This document shows positions 41,540-49,717 of a stretch of DNA of 64,000 bases, piece after piece. The translations under genes were made by a program, and so were the position numbers. The stretch is from Lentisphaerota bacterium (GTDB taxonomy: Bacteria > Verrucomicrobiota > Kiritimatiellia > UBA8416 > JAUUYL01), in the NCBI GenBank assembly GCA_030590485.1, contig JAUUYL010000001.1:21760-85759 (forward strand). Reading direction: 5' to 3'. Under the pieces are notes generated by a model, which was given only the letters and a program-made list of their open reading frames with translations, had not been told where the DNA came from and ran no database searches. Position 1 is the stretch's first letter. Every line of letters begins with the position of its first letter.

Positions 41540-42295
41540 CTATCCTTGCAATATTTGCTTAATTTCATCTGCATTTAATATTTCATCTTGTTGTCCTGAC
41601 TGCTCCCAGTATTCAGAGAAGTCAAGATCTAGTTGTGTATGAAAGTCACGGCCTGTTACCCAATTTCTTATGATCGGGAAGCTGTTTTTCCCCATCCACC
41701 ACCAGGGATTAGGGCCTTCACCTTTGAAAACACACTCCTTTCTAAAAGTCCATACTCCTTGGTCATAATAATAGACTTTAGGATAAAACTGCCTAGATGT
41801 TCCTGATTGAACATCAGAATACGCCTCTAAGTATCCACCTTCACCTATCCTTAAAGCTCTGTATGGATGGTCATCTTGCGCGAGCCAAACACTCATAACA
41901 CTGTCGATATCTTTTTTCTTATTTAAGATCTCAATCGACATATCAATCAAAGCAGAGCTTGTCATTATCGTATTACCCAACAAAACGGTAACGTTATCTA
42001 GACAGCCAACATTCTTCTCTATTTCAAACACACCATGCTTGATCACATCACCGTGATTACTATCTGGCTGAGCCAACTCTACGGGGCGATCAATAATAGT
42101 GCATTCAAATTTCTCAGAAAGTTCTCGAATACGATCATCTTCGGTGGAAACAAACACTTTCCCAATGTTTTTGGCGTTAACTGCCGCCTCAATGACATAC
42201 TGTAAAGAGGGCTTCCCCGCTATTGGTATCAGGTTCTTATCTGGTAAACTTTCATTGTTACCCTTAGCTGTTATTAGCACACATGATACTGCCAT
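41540..42295 (-). CDS. CMP-sugar cytidylyltransferase (acylneuraminate/Kdo cytidylyltransferase family, CTP_transf_3)
   Basis: VLITAKGNNESLPDKNLIPIAGKPSLQYVIEAA...KVFVSTEDDRI. Confidence 0.8.
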   Translation of the reverse strand: MAVSCVLITAKGNNESLPDKNLIPIAGKPSLQYVIEAAVNAKNIGKVFVSTEDDRIRELSEKFECTIIDRPVELAQPDSNHGDVIKHGVFEIEKNVGCLDNVTVLLGNTIMTSSALIDMSIEILNKKKDIDSVMSVWLAQDDHPYRALRIGEGGYLEAYSDVQSGTSRQFYPKVYYYDQGVWTFRKECVFKGEGPNPWWWMGKNSFPIIRNWVTGRDFHTQLDLDFSEYWEQSGQQDEILNADEIKQILQG

Positions 42296-42307
42296 ACTAT
42301 TTTACCT

Positions 42308-42817
42308 TTACTTTCTAAACTTAGATGACAAGAGCGACAAGAATGGACTGTCCATAATCTTATTCACCTTGCGACACACACTCTCCGCTCTATTAACACG
42401 GCGCAACATGTATGAAACATCGGGATCATTCTCTACTTCAGACAACCTTTTAAGCTCTCTGCCCCCTTGATCCATCTCCATGTTTACAGTCTTCAACCTT
42501 TGAGCGATCATCGACGTAACTCTACCCTGAAGAGCCAAGCCCACATGATCAACCATGCGATAATAGCTTTTTCTATCACCCCGCTTCCACACCCTCTGTA
42601 CGAGGCCCAGACTTTCCAGATGCCTCGCAGCAAGACTCACAGACGCCTTACTCAAGCCAAGATCGTTAGCCACATCATCCTGTGAAGACTCCTCCTTACT
42701 TAAGTACAGATACATACCAATCTGGCCGACTATCCTACCCATCCCAAAGTCCTGACTTATCCGCCCAACAGCATCAACTAAGTCCATTTTTATGTTTTGC
42801 ACGCTTTTCTCTGTCAT
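42308..42817 (-). CDS. winged-helix transcriptional regulator, GbsR/MarR-like
   Basis: ANDLGLSKASVSLAARHLESLGLVQRVWKRGDRKSYY. It is the first gene of the minus-strand locus. Confidence 0.6.
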   Translation of the reverse strand: MTEKSVQNIKMDLVDAVGRISQDFGMGRIVGQIGMYLYLSKEESSQDDVANDLGLSKASVSLAARHLESLGLVQRVWKRGDRKSYYRMVDHVGLALQGRVTSMIAQRLKTVNMEMDQGGRELKRLSEVENDPDVSYMLRRVNRAESVCRKVNKIMDSPFLSLLSSKFRK

Positions 42818-42995
42818 TTTACAACTTTTAGTGTTTTGTAAATCTTCTAAATGATAGACCTCTGACCCTATTAAATCAAGTAGAATAATGAATTTTTGAC
42901 TCTAAATGAGCCAGAACAGGAAAAACCCAACAAATACACCTATTTTGCAACAGAAAAGATACTCAGACAGCGCCCTCCACCGCCTGAAGGTCCTA

Positions 42996-43229
<234 letters not shown>

Positions 43230-43356
43230 TCAACATTCAACATTACCTTTCTAAGCTCCTCTACTTTCTTCGCTAGGAGCTTATCAGTAGTCACTCTCTT
43301 GTCAAATCGTTTAAGCATTACCGAGACGGCAGCGCAATCCCTGCCGGTCTTCTCGC

Positions 43357-43900
43357 CTATCTCCAGCCAGCAGTTCTCATTTTGACATCCGGTTGCCCTC
43401 TACTGAAAGGATCATGACACCATGTAAGCATCATAGGTTTCGCGATCACCCAGGTGGTGTTATTATGTTCGGAAGTAACGATACACTCCTCTTCGAACTT
43501 TGATCGTTTTCTGTATGCGTTCTTAACGTTTTCGATAATTTCGTTAATTCCTTCTTCATGGATTCTGGCCAGGTCGGTTTCATCGTTTAGATTGAGGCTC
43601 TGAGTCAGGCGTTTTGTATCGAGGAGGCGATCTTTTCCTTTGCCCAGTGAGCTCGTCATACCCGCACCAACGCCAATTATCCGGATGCTCAATGGCGCCG
43701 GCACGAACCATGTTGAGATCAATATATCTGAGGCAATTCAGGAGATGGACATCGTTCTGGATGATTGTGCATTGGTACGGGTGTTCCCACACTGAGCCCT
43801 CATGACCCTTGCGCTTGTTTAGATGGGTGGCCATGGCGGACGAAGGTAATTGCATCATTCTGGCAAGATCTGATCTAACAAGATGGGCCCTAGGTGGTTA
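43357..43900 (-). pseudogene. Y1/HUH (IS200/IS605- or RAYT-like) transposase, C-terminal remnant, frameshifted and lacking its N-terminus
   Basis: GSVWEHPYQCTIIQNDVHLLNCLRYIDLNMVRAGAIEHPDNWRWCGY matches the conserved W-x-x-Y...RYI-x-N-P/M-V-R-A-G...W-x-W-x-x-Y C-terminal block of Y1 transposases. It is split over two frames (track ORFs 43580..43858 and 43357..43722). Confidence 0.5.
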
Positions 43901-43929
43901 GTGTGGCGAATCCAAAATACCAACGTTGT

Positions 43930-44754
43930 TCAATGCGGACGCATGTTCCTGATATTTGCGATTCTTTCAGATGGTTCAATGAATGACATCCGTGCAGATT
44001 CACTTGGGAGATGAAGTTGATGAACCCTCTTCCGGAGATCCAGCTCATGCACTCGCTCACACAGGAGCCGTTCGAGTTCCTCATGAGTCAGGTTTGGCAT
44101 ACGAAGTCGGGTTCTCACTACCTCCAGATCGTACCGTACACCGCGATTGATATACATATCGAGGTCATAGAGATCCCGCAGTTGCTTACGGAGCAGTACG
44201 GCTGCAGCTTTACGAGCCATATGTGATGAATCTTCCAGAACAAGTATTTGCAGCGAGCGGTCCGTAATGGGAGAGGAAACCTGCACGCGCTCACCCGGCA
44301 GCAAGGCATCAATATCAATATTAAAATTAATGTCACCTGGGTGATCCACGAAAAGCCGGGGGAACATCTCTTTCAAAGTGTTCGCCTTAAAGCAAAGCTT
44401 CATGCCAATATCGCCCCTGTGCCATTGTTCCCGAACGCAATTGATTTTGATTCCGACATTACCCAGTTCGCGGATTACAGGGTCGAGAGCATGATGCACC
44501 ATAACCTCACGGTCTTTTTTCTGAATGTTAAGAAAATTGCTCAATGAGAAATCCATGTCCATAGAGTAGCGGGGCGATCCATCAATATAGCGCATCTTGC
44601 ACCCCCCGTGCAGAATGAGTCCGCGCATTTCTTGAGCACTAATAATTCGAAGAATCTCAAGGTGCAGAAACTCACGCACCGAATCTGAGGACTCATCTCG
44701 GCCCGTTCGGCGAACAAATTCTCTATATCGAATCTGTGCAGCGAATTCACTCAT
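43930..44754 (-). CDS. abiEii: AbiEii/AbiGii-family nucleotidyltransferase toxin (type IV TA / abortive infection)
   Basis: LHGGCKMRYIDGSPRYSMDMDFS nucleotidyltransferase motif. 274 aa. 8-nt overlap with the upstream antitoxin. Confidence 0.75.
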   Translation of the reverse strand: MSEFAAQIRYREFVRRTGRDESSDSVREFLHLEILRIISAQEMRGLILHGGCKMRYIDGSPRYSMDMDFSLSNFLNIQKKDREVMVHHALDPVIRELGNVGIKINCVREQWHRGDIGMKLCFKANTLKEMFPRLFVDHPGDINFNIDIDALLPGERVQVSSPITDRSLQILVLEDSSHMARKAAAVLLRKQLRDLYDLDMYINRGVRYDLEVVRTRLRMPNLTHEELERLLCERVHELDLRKRVHQLHLPSESARMSFIEPSERIANIRNMRPH

Positions 44755-45352
44755 GACAATACTCCTTTAACAGACGACTGAACCTCTTCACCTTTGGCGA
44801 CCGGGCAGCCAATTCGGCAAAACGATCTGCATTCAATGCGTCGGGCTGTAATCCCATATCCTCAAAATATGTGTATTCAGGAATGGCGGCCCGATCCAGG
44901 TAGATTCGATCAAGCAACGCTTTCTCTGCCGTTGCGACCCGGATAGAACCATGCTGAGACTCTTCCACCTCCCACCCCCAGTACAGGCTCGGAGGAATCT
45001 TAGACACCACAACTTCCGTACTTCTTAAATTAAATCCTCTGACACGACGTACGCATGCAAGATCGAGCCGGTAGATCCGATCCAACAGCATACCATGATA
45101 AGACATCGCCGACTCAAGACTGATATAGCCGTCAGGCACTAGCGAGCAGGCAGCTACCGGCGCGTTAACCTCGATATCCCTTACCAGGTATGCACCTCGC
45201 GTCACTCGCTCCAGCAATCCCTGCTTCTGCCAACGACTAATACTGACAAGGACCGACGACCATACTAATCCGTTACTAATCGCAAAGGCCTTGAAATCGC
45301 AGGTGCGAACCAGCCCTCCTCGATGAACCTTATATATATCCGCCATATTCAT
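44747..45352 (-). CDS. abiEi: AbiEi-family antitoxin/transcriptional regulator
   Basis: 201 aa. GYISLESAMSYHGML is the typical AbiEi_4 block. Overlaps abiEii. Confidence 0.7.
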   Translation of the reverse strand: MNMADIYKVHRGGLVRTCDFKAFAISNGLVWSSVLVSISRWQKQGLLERVTRGAYLVRDIEVNAPVAACSLVPDGYISLESAMSYHGMLLDRIYRLDLACVRRVRGFNLRSTEVVVSKIPPSLYWGWEVEESQHGSIRVATAEKALLDRIYLDRAAIPEYTYFEDMGLQPDALNADRFAELAARSPKVKRFSRLLKEYCHE

Positions 45353-45403
45353 ACAACCAAATATACATTAATATATAGTTGGATGCAACTATAAAGCGGG
45401 TAT

Positions 45404-45562
45404 ATTTACTGGATTACATTCTGGCTTCGCCAGCGTAACATGCTGCGCATCAGTTTACACAGACGTTCCTTCTCATTGTCATTGAGCAGAAACTGCCGGT
45501 CAACAATACGTGTCATACAATGATAATAGCCCCGCCCCTCTTCCTTCAGTCTTGCTGTTCGC
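45404..45562 (-). pseudogene. Y1/RAYT-like transposase N-terminal fragment (52 codons, ATG to TAA)
   Basis: Reverse-strand translation MRTARLKEEGRGYYHCMTRIVDRQFLLNDNEKERLCKLMRSMLRWRSQNVIQ resembles the RAYT N-terminal block (G-Y-x-H-H/C-V/M-T-x-R...F...D-x-D...L). Too short for the ORF track. Confidence 0.4.
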
Positions 45563-45605
45563 ATATTGCTCTCCCTTTTTCTAACTCAGGATCTGTTCCA
45601 GATAT

Positions 45606-46490
45606 TCACCTCAGCACCATCCGGTCTGTCACGCTTAGTTGTCCGAAAAAGGGACTGAGATCCATTATGAGCTTCATGTCGTATTCGCGCCGTTCTTTCA
45701 GGCGTTTCCAAGGGTAGAACGTGAATTCAGTATAAGCACCACGTGGATCATCCCTGAAGCTTCTTGTCATCTTTAGCTTTTTCGAATCCTTTTCATAGAT
45801 ATTCAGCCTGGCTTTGTCACTTATGCCTGATTCTGGAATCAACCCCAGCTTCCCGACCGAGATTTTACCTCTAACGTGAGGTGGGTCACTCCGGTGATCC
45901 CATCGCCCCTTCAAGACCGGAGGCTGCAATAGGTGCACAACCTCAATATACACGGCGTCATTCATCGTCACATCCAAACTCCCTTTAAGCACAAATTTTG
46001 ATTTTTGAGCTTTCTTCAAATCTTTTAAAATACAAGAAATCTCGACATCTACATCAAGATCCAAGTCGTCCCACAGGGAACGTGCCTTTATATCAATATC
46101 GGTCGACAGATCGACCTCACCATATTTCGATCTGAGAGAAACCGAGGGGAACACATACACACCAGCCCTTTTCCGACCCTTCAGACGAACAGGTTTGCCG
46201 TATCTGGCATGCTCCGGAATATATACATAGACATAGTCATGATGAGATAGCTTCTTGACGGAATCAAACACCAGATAGACGACTTCAGATGCTTTGCTCC
46301 CATATTGCAGTGCAGAATAACAGGCGTATTCCTTGGCCCTTAAATCTTTGATTGGCAAATCCATTCCTCGGGTTTTCTCAACTGCCTCATACTTCAACCA
46401 ATCAACTTCTTCCCCCTGACAAATGGACAAAAAGGTGATTTGGCTGACAATCATCAATACCAGAAGTCTCTTCGCTCTCATAATCATCAT
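45606..46490 (-). CDS. hypothetical secreted protein (N-terminal signal peptide)
   Basis: MMIMRAKRLLVLMIVSQITFLSICQG signal-like N-terminus. 294 aa. No recognised domain. Confidence 0.5.
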   Translation of the reverse strand: MMIMRAKRLLVLMIVSQITFLSICQGEEVDWLKYEAVEKTRGMDLPIKDLRAKEYACYSALQYGSKASEVVYLVFDSVKKLSHHDYVYVYIPEHARYGKPVRLKGRKRAGVYVFPSVSLRSKYGEVDLSTDIDIKARSLWDDLDLDVDVEISCILKDLKKAQKSKFVLKGSLDVTMNDAVYIEVVHLLQPPVLKGRWDHRSDPPHVRGKISVGKLGLIPESGISDKARLNIYEKDSKKLKMTRSFRDDPRGAYTEFTFYPWKRLKERREYDMKLIMDLSPFFGQLSVTDRMVLR

Positions 46491-46523
46491 TCAGCACTCA
46501 TAATTCATCAATTCTCTTTTCTC

Positions 46524-48062
46524 CTACCTCCACAAATCCCGATCCAGAGTTCTATATTGGATAGCTTCAGCTATATGCTCACTCTTAATTTCTTCGCAAG
46601 CATCAAGATCAGCCATTGTGCGCGCAACTTTCAAAATCCTGTCGTAAGCTCTGGCACTGAAATGTAAGTCCGCCATAGCCGTACGAAGCAGCCCTTGAGC
46701 GTCGCCTTTGAGAAGGCAATATTTCTGGAGATCTTTAGAACTCATGCCGGAATTGCAATGTATATTTTTACGGTTCTTAAATCTCGCACTCTGTATCTTC
46801 CTGCATTGAACAACACGTGCCCGGACAACGCTCGAAGGCTCACCCTTCTCAAGTGATGAGAGCTCTCTGTACTCTATCGATGGGACCTCCACGTGAATAT
46901 CTATCCTGTCCAACAGCGGTCCAGATATCTTGTTTCTGTAATTCTGTATTTCTCTCTGCGAGCACCTGCATTCCCTTTTCCTGTCGCCAAAATATCCGCA
47001 TTTACAAGGGTTCATTGCTGCGACCAGCATAAATTGGCAGGGAAACGTTACTGTCCCAGCCGCCCGAGATATGGTAACATCCCCATCTTCCAGAGGCTGA
47101 CGCATTACCTCCAGAACATTTCTGTGAAATTCGGGCAATTCGTCCAAAAACAGTACACCTCGATGAGCAAGACTAACCTCTCCTGGCACAGGATGAGCAC
47201 CACCCCCAAGAAGTCCCGCATCCGATATAGTATGGTGTGGCGCGCGAAATGCCCTCTTAACAATCAACGCCTGGCGCGCCTTCAATACTCCCGCAATGCT
47301 GTGGATCTTTGTGGCCTCAAGAGCCTCTTCCAGCGGCATCTCTGGCAGAATAGAAACTATCCTCTTCGCAAGCATTGTTTTACCTGTTCCTGGGCTTCCT
47401 ATCATGAGCATATTATGACCGCCTGCTACAGCAACCTCCATGGCTCTCTTTGCCTGTTCCTGCCCCTTTACATCAGAGAAATCATGCTCATAGTCACGAT
47501 GAGACTCATAAAAGTCATTAACATCAATCTTATATGGTTTCTGATGCAATTCACCACTCACAAAATCAATCGCCTGTCGCAACGTTCTTACTGGATAGAC
47601 ATCAATGCCATCAACAACAGCCGCTTCAGCCGCATTGTCTGCAGGCACAATGATTCCTCGAATTCCTCTCTTGCGAGCGCATAAGGTTATTGGAAGAACA
47701 CCCTTCACCCGTCGTACCTCACCACTCAACGCCAATTCACCCGTCATAGCTATTTCATTAAGCATAGACGCTTCACCATTCGCTCCTGTTGCGGCAATCA
47801 TGCCTACGGCTATTGGCAAATCAAAACTGGGCCCCTCTTTCTTAATATCAGCCGGCGCAAGATTTATTGTTGTTCGACCTATACCCGGCCTGAATCCGGA
47901 ATTTACAATCGCAGTATACACCCTGTCCTTGCTTTCTTTTACCGCCGCATCAGGCAGCCCAACTATCACAATAGCCGGATCTCCATGCCCTGCATTCACT
48001 TCAATCTCCACCATATAGGCATCCACCCCATACACTGCTCCGGAAAAAACGGTCTTTAGCAT
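46524..48062 (-). CDS. yifB: YifB/ComM-family Mg-chelatase-like AAA+ ATPase
   Basis: MLKTVFSGAVYGVDAYMVEIEVNAGHGDPAIVIVGLPDAAVKESKDRV. Walker A GSPGTGKTMLAKR. C-terminal Mg_chelatase_C. Confidence 0.9.
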   Translation of the reverse strand: MLKTVFSGAVYGVDAYMVEIEVNAGHGDPAIVIVGLPDAAVKESKDRVYTAIVNSGFRPGIGRTTINLAPADIKKEGPSFDLPIAVGMIAATGANGEASMLNEIAMTGELALSGEVRRVKGVLPITLCARKRGIRGIIVPADNAAEAAVVDGIDVYPVRTLRQAIDFVSGELHQKPYKIDVNDFYESHRDYEHDFSDVKGQEQAKRAMEVAVAGGHNMLMIGSPGTGKTMLAKRIVSILPEMPLEEALEATKIHSIAGVLKARQALIVKRAFRAPHHTISDAGLLGGGAHPVPGEVSLAHRGVLFLDELPEFHRNVLEVMRQPLEDGDVTISRAAGTVTFPCQFMLVAAMNPCKCGYFGDRKRECRCSQREIQNYRNKISGPLLDRIDIHVEVPSIEYRELSSLEKGEPSSVVRARVVQCRKIQSARFKNRKNIHCNSGMSSKDLQKYCLLKGDAQGLLRTAMADLHFSARAYDRILKVARTMADLDACEEIKSEHIAEAIQYRTLDRDLWR

Positions 48063-48472
48063 GATGTTTCCCCCGGCCCAGGACTATTGACTATGGACGG
48101 TGGACGGTGGAAAGAAGTCCGTGATTCAATACTGTTAATCAGACCGTATAGCGGCGCAAAGGTTCCATCAATTTGCTTTGTCAGTTCCTCAAAAGAATTT
48201 GCAGTGATATAAGCAAGATCTCTGGCAAGCAGCAAAAAGTATTCAGCCTCCTTGAGTGATGAATACGCTATATTGAGAAACTTTAAATAATCCCTAGGTG
48301 TCGACCTTGCGGACCCTTCCACAATATTTGATGGAACACTATATGCGGCTCTCCGAATCTGACTTGTCAGAGCAAATCGTTCGTCATCGGGGAATGATCT
48401 CGTAATGCCATAAATAGCAATTGCCAAATCATGCCCTCTCTGCCATGCAACTATCTTCTTATACCGTCTCAT
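48056..48472 (-). CDS. four-helix-bundle protein (23S rRNA intervening-sequence protein family)
   Basis: MRRYKKIVAWQRGHDLAIAIYGITRSFPDDERFALTSQIRRAAYSVPSNIVEG...EAEYFLLLARDL is the canonical family sequence. Start taken at the ATG ending 48472, not the GTG of track ORF 48056..48517. Its stop overlaps the yifB ATG (ATGCTAA). Confidence 0.85.
   Translation of the reverse strand: MRRYKKIVAWQRGHDLAIAIYGITRSFPDDERFALTSQIRRAAYSVPSNIVEGSARSTPRDYLKFLNIAYSSLKEAEYFLLLARDLAYITANSFEELTKQIDGTFAPLYGLINSIESRTSFHRPPSIVNSPGPGETSC
48081..48110. repeat. left arm of a ~30-bp imperfect inverted repeat (GGACTATTGACTATGGACGGTGGACGGTGG); partner at 48492..48524
   Basis: Reverse complement of 48492..48524 is GGACTGTGGACTGTGGGACGGTGGGACGGTTGG. 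Each arm is built from doubled 7-8-mers (GGACTRT x2, GGACGGT x2). Confidence 0.6.
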
Positions 48473-48491
48473 ACTTCTCCCTCTCGTAGCC

Positions 48492-48524
48492 AACCGTCCC
48501 ACCGTCCCACAGTCCACAGTCCAT
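48492..48524. repeat. right arm of the inverted repeat flanking the four-helix-bundle gene
   Basis: CCAACCGTCCCACCGTCCCACAGTCCACAGTCC, read directly from the sequence. Confidence 0.6.
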
Positions 48525-48559
48525 TAAATCTCATCATTCATCACTCCTAATTCATCACT

Positions 48560-48588
48560 TGGGTAAAGATTCTAGCAGAATCTTTACC
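48560..48588. repeat. perfect palindrome GGGTAAAGATTCT-AGC-AGAATCTTTACCC (13-bp stem) between tonB and the four-helix-bundle gene; two further 6-bp-stem hairpins at 48621..48637 and 48668..48686
   Basis: Read directly from the sequence. Function unknown (operator or RNA structure). Confidence 0.5.
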
Positions 48589-48709
48589 CATCTGTCTGTC
48601 GGGGTAACCCTGATTTTTTCTGTAGGGATTTCCCCTACAAAGGCGTAAGGTTTTGGCTTAGGGAATGTGTAAGGTTTCACCTTACAGAGGGAGTAACGGA
48701 CGCGGCATG

Positions 48710-49297
48710 TTAGTCTTTCAACTGAAAACGAAATGTGTATTCAACATCTTCCCCACCGACAGGAGCACCGGACTGAGAAATGAAAATCGCTTTATTCATC
48801 GCCTTTACAGCCGCCCTGTCCAGGGCATGATAACCGCTGGACTCAGCAATCAACACGTCGAGAGCATGACCGGAATCGCCCAAGACCGCCGTCACGACTA
48901 CCACACCTTCTTCGCCCCTGATTCTCGACCCATATGGATATTGCGGCCTTATCGTACTTTGCGCCACCAGTTTACTATCAACACCCTTCTCAAGAAAATC
49001 CGCATTACGCTCCTCTTCCGGGGGCGGCTTGAGATGAACAATCTCTTCGATCAGCTTTAAAGGATACAATGCTTCAGCAGGCAACGGCAACACCGGCTCT
49101 TGAATCTCAGGCTCCACTTTTTTTACAACTGGAGGAAGAAGCGTGAGCTCAACGCTCGATTCACCCGTCTGAAAAACTGGCTGAACCAGACCGACCTTCA
49201 TTCTGAAAAAACTGCCAGCACAGTAGCCTGCTGCCACATGAAGCAACAAAGCCAGAAGAAACGCTCGAATGAAATCTGATGTCCTGTTTCTTTTCAC
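48710..49297 (-). CDS. tonB: TonB-family energy transducer (TonB_C domain; could function as TolA-like)
   Basis: N-terminal TM helix, Pro/Glu-rich spacer, C-terminal PQYPYGSRIRGEEGVVVVTAVLGDSGHALDVLIAESSGYHALDRAAVKAM. Confidence 0.8.
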   Translation of the reverse strand: MKRNRTSDFIRAFLLALLLHVAAGYCAGSFFRMKVGLVQPVFQTGESSVELTLLPPVVKKVEPEIQEPVLPLPAEALYPLKLIEEIVHLKPPPEEERNADFLEKGVDSKLVAQSTIRPQYPYGSRIRGEEGVVVVTAVLGDSGHALDVLIAESSGYHALDRAAVKAMNKAIFISQSGAPVGGEDVEYTFRFQLKD

Positions 49298-49300
49298 ACG

Positions 49301-49708
49301 CTATTCCGCTGCTTCATTCCTTACCTGAAAAGAAACCGTATTAATATCCGCCCCCCGTAGAGCTGAAAGCAATTCTATCGCGACACCAAGATCGGCAGCC
49401 TTATCACCACTTATCAGCACAGGATAATCCATTTCTTTTACACGCTCAGCCGCCCTGACGACAGCCTCCCTGATATCAACAACGTCACCATCAATAGAGA
49501 TTTCGTTTTCTGCAGACACCGCGATAATAATAGTCCTTAAATTCTCCGTAACACCAGCCGCAGACGGAAGATTTACCCTCACGCCCCTATACATAACCAT
49601 TGAAAGCATGACGTAAACGAAAAAGACCAGAAGCAGGAAGACAACATCGATTAACGGAACAATCTCTATCCTGGCCCTTCGATTTTCGAATCCTGTCGTG
49701 ACCTGCAT
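49301..49708 (-). CDS. exbD: ExbD/TolR biopolymer transport protein
   Basis: IVPLIDVVFLLLVFF TM helix. 135 aa. Confidence 0.85.
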   Translation of the reverse strand: MQVTTGFENRRARIEIVPLIDVVFLLLVFFVYVMLSMVMYRGVRVNLPSAAGVTENLRTIIIAVSAENEISIDGDVVDIREAVVRAAERVKEMDYPVLISGDKAADLGVAIELLSALRGADINTVSFQVRNEAAE

Positions 49709-49717
49709 ATCGCGTTC

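Noticed and set aside
46893-47684. 263-aa plus-strand ORF (also 47605..48018, 46817..47032)
   Set aside because: It lies entirely antisense within the well-supported yifB gene and has low-complexity, stop-poor translation. This is a typical shadow ORF.
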